64,000 nt of DNA from Prevotella sp. (lineage in GTDB: Bacteria; Bacteroidota; Bacteroidia; Bacteroidales; Bacteroidaceae). Each line of letters starts with the position of its first letter. Positions within the stretch are counted from its first letter, which is position 1. The position numbers and the translations under genes are program-made. This document shows positions 1-10,288 of the stretch, one piece after another. The notes under the pieces are model-generated. The model was not told the origin of the DNA and did not search any database. It saw only the letters and a list, made by a program, of their open reading frames with translations. Where the stretch lies: assembly GCA_021636625.1 (NCBI GenBank), contig JAJWLX010000004.1, positions 48,004 through 112,003 on the forward strand, written 5' to 3'.

Positions 1-96
1 ATCTTTCTGCTCTTTTTCCTTAATTTCTAGTCACGTATCAGGCTGATATTGCTGCCGGAAACATACAAGTTCCAGCAGCTAATTTCGCCTCGTTTT

Positions 97-1485
97 TTAC
101 TCTTTAGAAGCTGGCTTCTGACCAGCCTGAACTGCAGAGAGAACAGCAGAGAGTGCTGCAGCAGCCTGTGCAGCCTTCTGCTTGTTTGGCTGTTGAGCTT
201 TCTGGTTGTTGTTTTGCTGCTCGTTGTTTCTTGGAGCATTGTTCTGTACCTCCTTCTGCTCGTTGTTTCTTGGAGCATTGTTCTGCGCCTCTTTCTGCTC
301 GTTGTTTCTTGGAGCATTGTTCTGTGCCTCCTTCTGCTCGTTACCCTTTGGTGCTCCCTGTTTTCCGTTCTTAGAAGGGAATGGAGATGGAGCATGCTTC
401 TTTGGAATAGAGAAGCGAACCTTTTCACTTTCATCTCGCTTCTCGTGATAGAGTTTTGGCAATGGGTTTGTACCCACCTCGTCACTTGTTTCGCGATGGC
501 GGAATGCATCGAGTGCCGTGAAGATAGCATGGCGGAAAGATGTTGGGTCTGCCTCGTTGCAGCCTGCCATGAAGTAGCAAGGAGTTGTGTTGGCTGCGGT
601 ATGGATGAGTGGCAAGCCTGCTGTGTAGAGCACGCCATCCTCGTTGTAGAGAGCATGGAATGGAACGGTAGCCTGATCGTAGTACATTGCCATGATTCCA
701 TCGAATTCGCTGAAGTAACCGCTGCCGAAGAATTCGTCTGCAGGGTAAGGACCAAACGCCTGGATTCCCTTGTCAGCAAGGTGGTCGATAGCCGGGATGA
801 TGATTTCGCGTTCCTCTTTGCCGCAACTCTGTTCCTCGTTGATGCTAGGATTCAGGGCGAGTACGGCGATACGTGGGTTGGTGATGAGGAAGTCGCGCTT
901 CAATGTCTGCCAGAGCAATGTTGTCTTGCTCACGATACTTTCCTGACTGATTGCACCAGTTACTTGAGCCAAAGGTGTCTTTTCTGTGATAGCTGCGATA
1001 CGGAGGTCGTCTCCGATGAGGATGCTCAGGGAACTGTTGCGGTCGCCGATGCATGTTTCGATATACTCCTTGTGTCCTTTGAAGGTATAGCCTTCAATCT
1101 TGACGTTCTGACTGCTGACTGGTGCTGTAATCAAGACATCGTAGAGATTGTTGCGATAGTCGGTCATAGCACGGTCGAGTGCTTTGATGGCTGCAGCTCC
1201 TGATTCATCAGTAGGAAGTCCCATATCTACCTTAACCTCTTCATCTACGGCTGCGAGGAGGTTGATACGTCCATCTTCTGCATCTTCTGCTTTCTGGATG
1301 ATAGAGAACTGGGCTGGCAGATTCATCGCCTTGCGATAATAAGCTGCCACTTTAGGTGAACCATAGATGATTGGGGTGCAAAACTCCAACATCTCTGGCT
1401 CACTGAATGCCTTAAAAATGAGTTCATATCCGATACCATTGGTATCTCCGTGGGTGATAGCCACCCTGATTTTCTTGTTGTCCAT
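97..1485 (-). CDS. pdxA: 4-hydroxythreonine-4-phosphate dehydrogenase PdxA, with a roughly 100-aa low-complexity C-terminal extension containing 13-aa tandem repeats
   Basis: Translation begins MDNKKIRVAITHGDTNGIGYELI, which is PdxA-family N-terminal and core sequence over about 350 aa. The tail carries NEQKEAQNNAPRN x3, encoded by a 39-bp DNA repeat. Confidence 0.8.
   Translation of the reverse strand: MDNKKIRVAITHGDTNGIGYELIFKAFSEPEMLEFCTPIIYGSPKVAAYYRKAMNLPAQFSIIQKAEDAEDGRINLLAAVDEEVKVDMGLPTDESGAAAIKALDRAMTDYRNNLYDVLITAPVSSQNVKIEGYTFKGHKEYIETCIGDRNSSLSILIGDDLRIAAITEKTPLAQVTGAISQESIVSKTTLLWQTLKRDFLITNPRIAVLALNPSINEEQSCGKEEREIIIPAIDHLADKGIQAFGPYPADEFFGSGYFSEFDGIMAMYYDQATVPFHALYNEDGVLYTAGLPLIHTAANTTPCYFMAGCNEADPTSFRHAIFTALDAFRHRETSDEVGTNPLPKLYHEKRDESEKVRFSIPKKHAPSPFPSKNGKQGAPKGNEQKEAQNNAPRNNEQKEAQNNAPRNNEQKEVQNNAPRNNEQQNNNQKAQQPNKQKAAQAAAALSAVLSAVQAGQKPASKE
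217..342. repeat. 39-bp tandem repeat, about 3.2 copies (ctgctcgttgtttcttggagcattgttctg[t/c][a/g]cctc[c/t]tt), in-frame inside the pdxA 3' end
   Basis: Direct inspection shows copies at 217-255, 256-294 and 295-333, plus a partial copy at 334-342. The period is 39 bp, equal to 13 codons. Confidence 0.9.
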
Positions 1486-1491
1486 TAATAC

Positions 1492-2439
1492 TTATTTTAT
1501 AGTAGAAATCGCAGCTTCGAGCTGCTTGATTAATATTTTCTTTTTCATTTCTGGAGCATAGACGAAGCCGATGATGTAGAGGTCGTAGCCTTGCTGCATT
1601 TCTGCTTGGCTTGTTGACTTATGAATGCGATGCATGACATAAGGTCCTCCCATGGCATCCCCCTTCATCTCCCAGAGCCCTCTTTCTGAAAGAACTGGAA
1701 TCTCCATATACATGCTGTCGGTTTCACCGGGCATGTTGGTTCGAAGAATGCTGTCAATCAGAGTTTTATCATTTGCATAAGCTGCATTTGAATTCTTCAT
1801 TCTTCGTTCTTCACTCTTCACTTTAAACACGAGCAGGTTTTGCATTCCCGTACTTGCATTATTCGAGATCCAGATGAAGTCTTTTGCTTTTTTGCTGGCG
1901 TTCATCGAGACCGGAATCTTCATGTCAATTCCAAACATCTTCTTGATTTCGTCCTGCATCTCCTTGTTTTGTTTGCTGGGGTTGCAGGAGATGATATCTG
2001 CCAGATGTTTCAACTCTACCTCATTCACGATTTGGCGGAGTCTTTCGCCATTGAGCCTTTCCTGCAACTGCTGTGCCGAGCGGGCTGTAATGCGGATGAT
2101 ATTCTGCGGTGCAGCATTTTCGTCGTGGCTCAGCCTGACGGAGAAATCCCGCTCTCCAATATTCACGACGATTCGGGTTCTGACGAGCAGATAGTTGCCC
2201 TGTGTCTTGCCCTTTTTCACCTGAATCAGTCGGCAAAGTGGTTCGGGTTGGGGCAGTCCTGTCACATCCTCCGTCAGCATCTTGGTCACGATGCTGTCGG
2301 TATCACCCTCGAGTACCACCTCGTAAGGTTGTCCCGTGCTGGCTGGCTTTTTCCTGTTCTTACCTGTTATATCGCAACTTGTCAGGAGAACGAATATAAG
2401 ATAGAACGGGAAAAGGAACGTTATCGTTTTTCTCACCAT
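1492..2439 (-). CDS. hypothetical lipoprotein; start reassigned to the internal Met (MVRKTITFLFPFYLIFVLLTSC)
   Basis: A signal peptide with lipobox-like LLTSC follows the internal Met. The longer ORF form would overlap the rlmN 3' end. The start lies 14 nt after the rlmN stop. Confidence 0.6.
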   Translation of the reverse strand: MVRKTITFLFPFYLIFVLLTSCDITGKNRKKPASTGQPYEVVLEGDTDSIVTKMLTEDVTGLPQPEPLCRLIQVKKGKTQGNYLLVRTRIVVNIGERDFSVRLSHDENAAPQNIIRITARSAQQLQERLNGERLRQIVNEVELKHLADIISCNPSKQNKEMQDEIKKMFGIDMKIPVSMNASKKAKDFIWISNNASTGMQNLLVFKVKSEERRMKNSNAAYANDKTLIDSILRTNMPGETDSMYMEIPVLSERGLWEMKGDAMGGPYVMHRIHKSTSQAEMQQGYDLYIIGFVYAPEMKKKILIKQLEAAISTIK

Positions 2440-2452
2440 TATGCTATTCTCT

Positions 2453-3523
2453 CTACATCTCCTCTTTCTGCTTCTCATCCTCATGATGTCGGATTTCTCC
2501 GATCTTTTTCGAGGTGCTGAGCAGACCGCAGGCTGCATAGATGTCCTGGCCGCGGCTGGCACGGATAGTGGTGAAAACACCGTGGGAAGTGAGGTAGTCA
2601 CGGAACTGCTCCATCTTCTCATCGTTCACACCCTGCAGCGGGATGTCGGGAATCTGATGGAAGCGGATGAGATTGAAACGGCAATCGAGCCCCTTCACCA
2701 GTTTGATGATGGCCTTGGCATGCTGCATACTGTCGTTCACTCCCTTGAATACGATGTACTCGAAACTCAGGCGGCGCTGATGAGAGAAATCGTAGTTCTT
2801 CAGAAGCTCTACCACCTGTTCTATACTCATTCCGCGTTCTGCAGGCATCAGTTCTGCACGTTCTGATGGTATCGGGTCGTGCATCGAAATTGCCACATGG
2901 CATTCGCTCTCTTCCAGGAATCGTTTCAGCTTGTTCTTCACGCCCACGGAACTTACTGTGATTCGTTTCGGACTCCACGCCCAACCATAATCGGCGGTGA
3001 GAATCTCGGTGGCACGAAGCACATTGTCGAGATTGTCCATCGGCTCGCCCTGTCCCATGAATACGATGTTGGTGAGCTTGTCCACCTCAGGCAGCGAGTA
3101 AATCTGGTTCAGGATGTCGCCGGCAGGTAAGCTACCCTCGAATCCCTGCTTTCCTGTCTGGCAGAAGAGGCAGTTCATTTTGCAGCCCACCTGTGATGAA
3201 ACGCAGAGGGTGGCACGGTCTTTATCCGGGATATAGACCGTTTCTACGAATTTGCCGCTTCGGGTAGGGAAGAGGTACTTGATGGTACCATCCACAGAGT
3301 ATTGTGCGTCAGAGAATTCTGCGCATCCTATTTCGTATTCGGCAGCGAGTTTGGCACGGTTGGCTTTCGAGATGTTGGTCATCTCATCAATGCTCTTTAC
3401 GTGCTGCTCATAGAGCCACTTCGCCATCTGTCCGCCGGTGAAGGCAGGCATGCCGAGATCCTTAGCCACCTGCTTCAATTCAGCAAGTGTAAGACCTAAA
3501 AGATATTTTTTTTCATTATTCAT
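2453..3523 (-). CDS. rlmN: 23S rRNA (adenine2503-C2)-methyltransferase RlmN (radical SAM)
   Basis: Radical SAM Cys cluster GCKMNCLFCQTG. Start reassigned to MNNEKKYLLGLTLAEL. Overall similarity to RlmN. Confidence 0.9.
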   Translation of the reverse strand: MNNEKKYLLGLTLAELKQVAKDLGMPAFTGGQMAKWLYEQHVKSIDEMTNISKANRAKLAAEYEIGCAEFSDAQYSVDGTIKYLFPTRSGKFVETVYIPDKDRATLCVSSQVGCKMNCLFCQTGKQGFEGSLPAGDILNQIYSLPEVDKLTNIVFMGQGEPMDNLDNVLRATEILTADYGWAWSPKRITVSSVGVKNKLKRFLEESECHVAISMHDPIPSERAELMPAERGMSIEQVVELLKNYDFSHQRRLSFEYIVFKGVNDSMQHAKAIIKLVKGLDCRFNLIRFHQIPDIPLQGVNDEKMEQFRDYLTSHGVFTTIRASRGQDIYAACGLLSTSKKIGEIRHHEDEKQKEEM

Positions 3524-3556
3524 ACTGCAAAGATACGCTTTTTTGCTGAAAAATTC

Positions 3557-3564
3557 GTATCTTT
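3557..3564 (+). promoter_or_regulatory. Bacteroidota -7 box (TAtcTTTG) in the rlmN / 3598-ORF intergenic region
   Basis: cgTAtcTTTGcc lies about 35 nt upstream of the ATG at 3598 and matches the TAnnTTTG consensus. Confidence 0.5.
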
Positions 3565-3597
3565 GCCACATATTTTAATATAATAAGCTAAAATAAG

Positions 3598-6500
3598 GTG
3601 AAAATGAGAGAAAAAATAGATCTTTTCTTGCCTTGTGACGACCTACAGGAAGCTAGATTTACGACCATAGATCTTCACGAAGACAAAACAGTACAGCATA
3701 TCAACCTCCTGGTGAGCGCTGACTTCGCTGCCCAGCATCCGGTGCCGGAAGGTTGCACCTTCATTGCCGTTGACCGCCTTGAGAGTTCTAACACAGTAGA
3801 GAGCATCGCTGAGAACACCGATGCCGACTATGTGTTGATCTGTACCAAAAATACAGATATCCGATGGGGCAATCTCGCATTGGAGCGTTTTCTCCGTGTG
3901 GCTGATGACACGGGAGCGGTGATGGTTTACTCTGATCATTACACAATGGTAGTGGATGAGGAGAAAACAGCCAAATTCCAGGCTTCATTGGGTGAAGATG
4001 CTTCTGACCTGGAAAAATCACTGAGAGTTCCTAAGTTGGAAAAGCATCCGGTAATCGACTATCAGCAGGGTTCACTCCGTGATGATTTCGATTTTGGAAG
4101 CCTCTGGCTCATCAAGGCACAGGCTCTCCGTGATTATGTAGCTCAGCGTGATCGTCAGGAATACCTCTATGCAGGTCTCTACGACCTGAGACTTTATCTG
4201 AGTCGAGTGGGAGAAATCTTCCATATCAATGAATATCTCTATACCGAGACAGAGAAGGACAATCGCAAGAGCGGTGAGAAGCAGTTCGACTATGTGAATC
4301 CTCGTAACAGGGAGGTGCAGATAGAAATGGAAAAGGTTTGTACCCAGCATCTGGGCAAATTGGGCGCTCTGATTGATACCTGTTACTATCGTCAGCCGAA
4401 TTTTGATGAGCAGGACTTTGAATATGAGGCATCTGTCATCATCCCAGTTTTCAATAGAGAGAAGACCATCGCAGACGCTGTGCTTAGTGCAATGTGCCAG
4501 AAGACTAATTTCAAGTTCAACGTCATAGTTGTAGATAATCATTCTACTGATCGTACAGGTGAAATCGTGCAGGCTATTGCTGATAGTACGAACTGGGATG
4601 TTGAGAAACTTGATTTGGAATATAAGGAGGGAAAGGTAAAATATACGATGCAGGAAAAGCTGGCTCCACGTCTCTTCCTGCTCCAACCTGCAAGCAAAGA
4701 CCTTGGAATAGGTGGCTGCTGGAATCTGGCCATCTCTAGCGAGTTTTGCGGAAAGTTTGCTGTTCAGCTCGATAGCGATGACCTCTATTCTTCTACCGAT
4801 ACACTGCAGAAGATAGTAGATGCTTTCCATCAGCAGAAGGCTGCGATGATTGTGGGTTCTTATCGTATGTGCGACTTCGATCTGCAGACCCTTCCTCCTG
4901 GACTTATCGACCATAAGGAGTGGACCGAAGAGAATGGCTGCAACAATGCGTTGCGCATCAATGGTTTAGGTGCTCCTCGTGCTTTCTTTACCCCGTTGGC
5001 AAGACAGATACAGTTTCCTAATACCAGCTATGGCGAGGACTATGCGATGGGCTTGGCTTTCTCTCGCCGCTACCGCATCGGCAGAATCTATGAGGAACTC
5101 TACCTCTGTCGTCGCTGGGGAGGAAACTCTGATGCAGCCCTCAGTATAGAAAAGGTGAACGCCAATAATCTTTATAAAGACCGTTTGCGCACCATGGAGT
5201 TGAAGGCACGTCAGCAGATGCTGTTGGGAAAGGCTGATATCATGGAAGATAGCAGTATCTCACGATTCTTCAATCGGCAGTTGGAGCAATGGGAGGAGGC
5301 TCGACATCGTTATCGCGACCTCAAGCACGTAGAGACCAAGACACTCTCTGAGTTTGTGAAGTTGCAGTGGAATCCGGCTCGTATGGTTAGCACGGGAGCC
5401 AAAATCGACAAGAAGGCATTGAGCGAGCGCCCTTGCTTCCTCTGTGCTTGCAATCGTCCGGAAGAACAGATGGTGCAGCAGATAGACGATAAGTTCCAAC
5501 TTCTGGTGAATCCGTTCCCTATCTTGCCAATCCATTTCACGATCCCGGCACGCAAACACCAGTATCAGCTCATCTATAAGAACTATGGTGAGATGCACAG
5601 ATTCCTGAGTCTTCACAGCGACTTGATGGTATTCTATAATGGTCCGAAGTGTGGAGCTTCTGCTCCAGACCACCTGCATTTCCAGGCTGGTTCTAGTGGA
5701 CTTCTTCCTTTGCAGGCAAACTGGCAGCGGCTTTCCCGCAATCTTACCGACATCATCTCGCTGAATGATGATGAGAAGATTGCATTGATTCGCGATTTCA
5801 TCGTGCCAGCCTTTGTTATTATCTCGAAGAGCGAAGAGAGTGATGAAACCCTCTTCCGCCGACTTTACAAGGCTTTGCCTCATCGTGGCGACGAGAAAGA
5901 GCCAATGATGAACATTGTAGCCTGGTGTAAGTGCGAAGAATTCATCACTGTGGTTATCCCAAGAGAGAAACATCGACCAGATGCTTACTTTGCTGAAGGG
6001 GATGCACAGGTGATGGTTTCGCCGGGAGCACTCGATATGAGCGGACTCATCATTACTCCTCGTGAGGAAGATTTCCGTAAACTCACCGATGAAAAGGCTA
6101 CTGCTATCTTGCAGGAATGCGGTATCAGTCCAGAGAAGGTAGAGACTATCGTTAATAAGCTGAAGGCGGCAAAGGAGGCTAAGGCTGCTGTCGGAACTTC
6201 TGCCTTATATAATAATGGTAAGGAGCCGGAAGTAACTGTTGGAATCGTGAGTGCCCAGAAGGTTCATTTCATACTCAACAAACCTTATCTTGCCAAGGGA
6301 GAAATCGTGATTGGTGAGCAGGAGGTGGAATTCTCTGAAGGTGGTGTACTTTGGAATGGAAATCAGTATAGTTCACTGACTTTCCATCCGCAGAGTCCGG
6401 ATGCCTCTTTCTCTTTGAGTGATGTAACCATCGGTGTGAACTTCCATTGGGAGCGCAAGGAAACCCAGACTTTCCAGGGTACGCTGAGATTCCTGGTAGA

Positions 6501-7545
6501 ATCTGATAAGATTTTAGCCATCAACGAGCTGCCTGTAGAGAAATATCTGGAGAGTGTCATCAGCAGTGAGATGAGTGCCACATCCAGTCTCGAACTCCTG
6601 AAGGCGCACGCCGTGATTTCCCGTTCTTGGCTTTTGGCTCAGATGCAGCATCGCAGAGAGGTGGCGGAGAGTGGCAACAATTTCTTCTCTTTTGTGAAGA
6701 AGGAAGATATGCTCATCCGTTGGTACGATCGCGAAGATCATACTCTTTTCGATGTTTGTGCCGATGATCATTGTCAGCGTTATCAGGGAATTACGAAGGA
6801 AACCTCACCACATGTGGCAGAGGCGGTAAGACTCACCAGAGGACAGGTTCTGCTGGATGGTGATGAGATTTGTGATGCCAGATTCTCGAAGTGTTGTGGC
6901 GGTATTACCGAAGAGTTCCAGTATTGCTGGGAGAATACGCCGAAGAATTATCTCACAGCCGTAAGGGATATTGCCTTGGGTGTAGAGGATGCAAAGGTTA
7001 TGCCTGATCTTACCAGCGAGGAAGAGGCTGAGAAGTGGATTCGCTCGAACCCACCTGCTTTCTGCAATACGACAGACAAGAAGATTCTTTCGCAGGTATT
7101 GAATGACTATGACCAGGAGACTGCCGATTTCTATCGCTGGAAGGTAACGCTCACTCAGGAGAAACTCCAGCAGCTTATCGCTGACAAACTGAAGATGGAT
7201 TTTGGTGCCATCCTCGACCTGAAGGCCGTTGAGCGAGGTAAGAGTGGAAGAATCAGCAAACTCCAGATTATCGGTACCGAGAAGACCTTCACCATCGGTA
7301 AGGAACTCGAAATCCGACGTGCACTCAGCGATTCTCATCTTTTAAGTTCTGCTTTTGTGGTAGATAAACAGGATGAAGATGAGCAGGGAGTACCTCAGCG
7401 TTTCGAACTCATCGGTGCAGGATGGGGCCATGGAGTAGGTCTCTGTCAGATTGGTGCTGCGATGATGGGCGAGGAGGGGTATCTCTATGATGCTATCCTC
7501 CTGCACTACTATCAGGGTGCAGAAATCAAGAAACTCTATAAATAA
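3598..7545 (+). CDS. multidomain protein: N-terminal region of unknown function, family 2 glycosyltransferase, DUF4922 (GalT/HIT-like nucleotidyltransferase fold), SpoIID/LytB domain
   Basis: GT2 signature [22 protein letters not shown]...[16 protein letters not shown] from about nt 4430. [10 protein letters not shown] and an HxHxQ-like DHLHFQAG near nt 5430-5690. C-terminal SpoIID/LytB-like [38 protein letters not shown]. Confidence 0.8.
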   Translation: MKMREKIDLFLPCDDLQEARFTTIDLHEDKTVQHINLLVSADFAAQHPVPEGCTFIAVDRLESSNTVESIAENTDADYVLICTKNTDIRWGNLALERFLRVADDTGAVMVYSDHYTMVVDEEKTAKFQASLGEDASDLEKSLRVPKLEKHPVIDYQQGSLRDDFDFGSLWLIKAQALRDYVAQRDRQEYLYAGLYDLRLYLSRVGEIFHINEYLYTETEKDNRKSGEKQFDYVNPRNREVQIEMEKVCTQHLGKLGALIDTCYYRQPNFDEQDFEYEASVIIPVFNREKTIADAVLSAMCQKTNFKFNVIVVDNHSTDRTGEIVQAIADSTNWDVEKLDLEYKEGKVKYTMQEKLAPRLFLLQPASKDLGIGGCWNLAISSEFCGKFAVQLDSDDLYSSTDTLQKIVDAFHQQKAAMIVGSYRMCDFDLQTLPPGLIDHKEWTEENGCNNALRINGLGAPRAFFTPLARQIQFPNTSYGEDYAMGLAFSRRYRIGRIYEELYLCRRWGGNSDAALSIEKVNANNLYKDRLRTMELKARQQMLLGKADIMEDSSISRFFNRQLEQWEEARHRYRDLKHVETKTLSEFVKLQWNPARMVSTGAKIDKKALSERPCFLCACNRPEEQMVQQIDDKFQLLVNPFPILPIHFTIPARKHQYQLIYKNYGEMHRFLSLHSDLMVFYNGPKCGASAPDHLHFQAGSSGLLPLQANWQRLSRNLTDIISLNDDEKIALIRDFIVPAFVIISKSEESDETLFRRLYKALPHRGDEKEPMMNIVAWCKCEEFITVVIPREKHRPDAYFAEGDAQVMVSPGALDMSGLIITPREEDFRKLTDEKATAILQECGISPEKVETIVNKLKAAKEAKAAVGTSALYNNGKEPEVTVGIVSAQKVHFILNKPYLAKGEIVIGEQEVEFSEGGVLWNGNQYSSLTFHPQSPDASFSLSDVTIGVNFHWERKETQTFQGTLRFLVESDKILAINELPVEKYLESVISSEMSATSSLELLKAHAVISRSWLLAQMQHRREVAESGNNFFSFVKKEDMLIRWYDREDHTLFDVCADDHCQRYQGITKETSPHVAEAVRLTRGQVLLDGDEICDARFSKCCGGITEEFQYCWENTPKNYLTAVRDIALGVEDAKVMPDLTSEEEAEKWIRSNPPAFCNTTDKKILSQVLNDYDQETADFYRWKVTLTQEKLQQLIADKLKMDFGAILDLKAVERGKSGRISKLQIIGTEKTFTIGKELEIRRALSDSHLLSSAFVVDKQDEDEQGVPQRFELIGAGWGHGVGLCQIGAAMMGEEGYLYDAILLHYYQGAEIKKLYK

Positions 7546-7554
7546 AGCTGTAGA

Positions 7555-8889
7555 ATGGGAACATTGAAAAATAGTCGGAATCCATGGGCTTGGATTCCGA
7601 CACTCTACTTTGCGGAAGGACTGCCTAACGTTATCGTGACAGCCCTCTCTGTGGTTATGTATATGCAGTTGGGCTTGACCGATGCTGAGGTGGGTCTCTA
7701 TACCGGATGGCTCGCCCTGCCTTGGGTTATCAAACCCTTGTGGAGTCCATTCATCGACCTGCTGAAGACCAAGCGCTGGTGGGTATTGACGATGCAGGCG
7801 CTCATCGGAGCAGCTCTTGCCGGAATCGCCTTTTCGCTGCCTACTGCCTTCTGGTTCCAGGCAACGATGTGTTTCTTCTTCCTCATCGCCTTCTGTAGTG
7901 CCACCCACGATATTTCGGCGGATGGTTTCTATATGATAGAGTTGGATGAGCATACGCAGACCAAGTTCGTGGGTTTGAGAAACACCTTCTATCGCCTTGC
8001 CATCATTTTCGTGAATGGATTCCTGGTGATGCTGGCTGGTGTTCTCCAAGTGCTGTTCCGTAACCAGATTCGCTTCTCATGGGCGCTTATCTTCTACGGA
8101 TTGGCAGGTATCTTCATCGGATTGTGGCTCTATCATAGCCGGTTCATGCCGCGTCCGAAGGAGGATGTGCAGACCGATAGAACGGTGGGTGAAGTGGCGC
8201 ACGAACTGAAGAATATGTTCCGCACTTTCTTTGTGAAATTCGGATTGGGAGAAACCATCTGTGTGATGCTCTTCCTCCTGCTTTATCGTTTCCCGGAAGC
8301 ACTCTTGAATACGATGACCAAAACCTTCATCCTTCGTCCTAATTCGCAGGGCGGACTGGGATTGTCTCCGCAGGAATATGGCTTTGCCAATGGTACTGTT
8401 GGACTGATCGGTTTGCTGCTGGGTGGTATCATCGGCGGTATTCTGGTGAGCCGCGATGGTATGAAGAAATGGCTTTGGCCGATGGTTTGCGCCATCACCC
8501 TGCCGGATGTGGTTTACATCTATCTGAGCTATTCGCTGAACAGCGACATCATCGTGGTTTCAAGCTGTCTCTTTATCGAGCAGTTCGGTTATGGTTTGGG
8601 CTTCACGGTTCTTACCCTTTATATGCTGTTCTATAGCCAGGGCAAGTTCAAGACATCCCATTATTCCATCTGTACAGGTATCTCTTATTTAGGTTTGATG
8701 TTGCCAGGTATGGTTTCGGGATATCTGAAAGATATGGTAGGCTATCGCTTGTTCTTCATTATCGTGATGGCATGCTGCGCCATCACCTTCCTGGTTACCG
8801 CTTTCCTGAAGATAGATCCTGAGTTCGGAAAGAAAGAGAAGGAGATCAAGGAGGCAATAGAAGAGGAAGAAATGGAAGTGCTAGAATAA
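7555..8889 (+). CDS. MFS permease, AmpG-like (putative muropeptide transporter)
   Basis: Multi-pass membrane protein with PWVIKPLWSPFID, which resembles the conserved AmpG loop. It starts 10 nt after the SpoIID-domain gene. Confidence 0.7.
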   Translation: MGTLKNSRNPWAWIPTLYFAEGLPNVIVTALSVVMYMQLGLTDAEVGLYTGWLALPWVIKPLWSPFIDLLKTKRWWVLTMQALIGAALAGIAFSLPTAFWFQATMCFFFLIAFCSATHDISADGFYMIELDEHTQTKFVGLRNTFYRLAIIFVNGFLVMLAGVLQVLFRNQIRFSWALIFYGLAGIFIGLWLYHSRFMPRPKEDVQTDRTVGEVAHELKNMFRTFFVKFGLGETICVMLFLLLYRFPEALLNTMTKTFILRPNSQGGLGLSPQEYGFANGTVGLIGLLLGGIIGGILVSRDGMKKWLWPMVCAITLPDVVYIYLSYSLNSDIIVVSSCLFIEQFGYGLGFTVLTLYMLFYSQGKFKTSHYSICTGISYLGLMLPGMVSGYLKDMVGYRLFFIIVMACCAITFLVTAFLKIDPEFGKKEKEIKEAIEEEEMEVLE

Positions 8890-8922
8890 TATTTCTATAT
8901 ATAAATAGGTGAAAATCTGAGA

Positions 8923-8957
8923 AAAGGTCGTTGGGTATCGTCCCAACGACCTTTTTA
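8923..8957 (+). terminator. rho-independent terminator after the AmpG-like gene
   Basis: 13-bp perfect stem aaaggtcgttggg / cccaacgaccttt with a 6-nt loop, followed by a T-run. Confidence 0.7.
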
Positions 8958-8992
8958 CGTTAAAGTATTTGAAATCTTTTTCTTCTGCCCTT

Positions 8993-9040
8993 GTGATATC
9001 ATTTTAATATCGTATATTTGCGATATCAAAATGATATCAA
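8993..9040 (+). promoter_or_regulatory. SPFH operon promoter (-7 box TAtaTTTG at 9013-9020) overlapped by three GATATC palindromes, a candidate operator
   Basis: tGATATCa at 8995-9000, cGATATCa at 9022-9027 and tGATATCa at 9033-9038. The last two are 11 bp apart and lie at or just past the predicted transcription start. Confidence 0.5.
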
Positions 9041-9070
9041 CATCAATAACGTAATAAATAAAGTAAAATT

Positions 9071-10039
9071 ATGGAGAATAAGGAATTTACGTATCAGGGA
9101 AAGACCTTGAATGGCATCCTGATGTTAGTATTAAACATCATCGGCTTTCTGGCTGGAGTTGGCTTGTTTATATTTGCCTGCGTTTCGCAAGAAGGCTGGC
9201 TGGCAAATGTCTGTGGTGTTTGTGGCGTACTGCTTCTCATCCTGAGCATCATCTGCGTCTGCGGTTTCATCCTGGTAGAGCCGGGTCAGGCTCGCGTATT
9301 GCTTTTCTTCGGTAAGTATCGTGGCACTTTTACAGAGCCGGGTTACTATTGGCTGAATCCGTTTATCAGTCAGAAGAAGCTTTCGCTTCGTGTGCGCAAC
9401 CTCGATGCCGAACCTATCAAGGTGAATGACAAGACGGGTAATCCGATTATGATTGGTATGGTGCTGGTATGGAAACTGAAAGATACCTACAAGGCTATCT
9501 TTGAGATTGATACCCAGACGATGGCTGAGGGTTCTACAGGTCAGGCTGGCATTGGTGCTTCTGCTGCACAGATCATGAACATGCTGGGCCGCTTTGTCCA
9601 GATTCAGGCAGATGCCGCTCTCCGTCAGGTAGCTGGACAGTATGCCTACGATGATGACGAGGGTGGAAAGTCGAATCAGATTACGCTTCGAGATGGAAGT
9701 GATGAGATTAACAAGGAGTTGGAGGCTCGCATCGACGAGCGCTTGGCGATGGCAGGTATTGAGGTAGTAGAGGCTCGCATCAACTATCTGGCTTATGCAC
9801 CGGAGATTGCAGCCGTGATGCTTCGTCGCCAGCAGGCTTCAGCCATCATCTCTGCCAGAGAGAAGATAGTTGAGGGAGCCGTGTCGATGGTGAAAATGGC
9901 ATTGCAGAAGTTGAGCGATGAAGATGTGGTAGAGCTTGATGACGACAAGAAGGCTGCCATGGTCAGCAATCTGCTCGTAGTGCTCTGTGGCGATGATACC
10001 GCCCAGCCTGTAGTAAATACGGGAACATTGAATCATTAA
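9071..10039 (+). CDS. SPFH/band 7 (stomatin/prohibitin-like) domain membrane protein
   Basis: N-terminal transmembrane segments, then a band-7 core: LNPFISQKKLSLRVRNLDAEPIKVNDKTGNPIMIGMVLVWKL. Confidence 0.85.
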   Translation: MENKEFTYQGKTLNGILMLVLNIIGFLAGVGLFIFACVSQEGWLANVCGVCGVLLLILSIICVCGFILVEPGQARVLLFFGKYRGTFTEPGYYWLNPFISQKKLSLRVRNLDAEPIKVNDKTGNPIMIGMVLVWKLKDTYKAIFEIDTQTMAEGSTGQAGIGASAAQIMNMLGRFVQIQADAALRQVAGQYAYDDDEGGKSNQITLRDGSDEINKELEARIDERLAMAGIEVVEARINYLAYAPEIAAVMLRRQQASAIISAREKIVEGAVSMVKMALQKLSDEDVVELDDDKKAAMVSNLLVVLCGDDTAQPVVNTGTLNH

Positions 10040-10045
10040 AAAAGT

Positions 10046-10288
10046 ATGGCTAAAAAGGAAACAAATACGAAGAGTTTTATATTGCGCATTGATTCGGAAA
10101 CGATGAGTGCCATTGAAGCGTGGGCGGAGGATGAGTTCCGCTCAACCAACGGCCAGCTGCAATGGATCATCGCTGAAGCGCTGCGCAAGGCTGGCAGACT
10201 GCCTAAGAAAAAGAAGGCTGCATCAAAGAAAACGAAGGAAGAAGTCGATTCAAATCAAATAGGAGGGGAAAAGAAAGATGAAGAATAA
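10046..10288 (+). CDS. small Arc/ribbon-helix-helix-like DNA-binding protein
   Basis: 80 aa with a KSFILRIDSETMSAIEAWAEDEFRSTNGQLQWIIAEAL beta-alpha-alpha pattern and a Lys-rich tail. It starts 7 nt after the SPFH stop. Confidence 0.55.
   Translation: MAKKETNTKSFILRIDSETMSAIEAWAEDEFRSTNGQLQWIIAEALRKAGRLPKKKKAASKKTKEEVDSNQIGGEKKDEE

Noticed and set aside
217-342. Possible CRISPR array (regular direct repeats)
   Set aside because: The repeats are contiguous 39-bp units with no spacers and are in-frame coding sequence. The same reasoning applies to the 22-bp repeats at 20425-20492.
49-1203. Long plus-strand ORF (384 aa) and other small ORFs overlapping pdxA
   Set aside because: They are antisense or shadow frames of a well-supported PdxA gene. 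Their repetitive Leu/Ser/Cys-rich translations are generated by the 39-bp repeat and have no protein-like composition.
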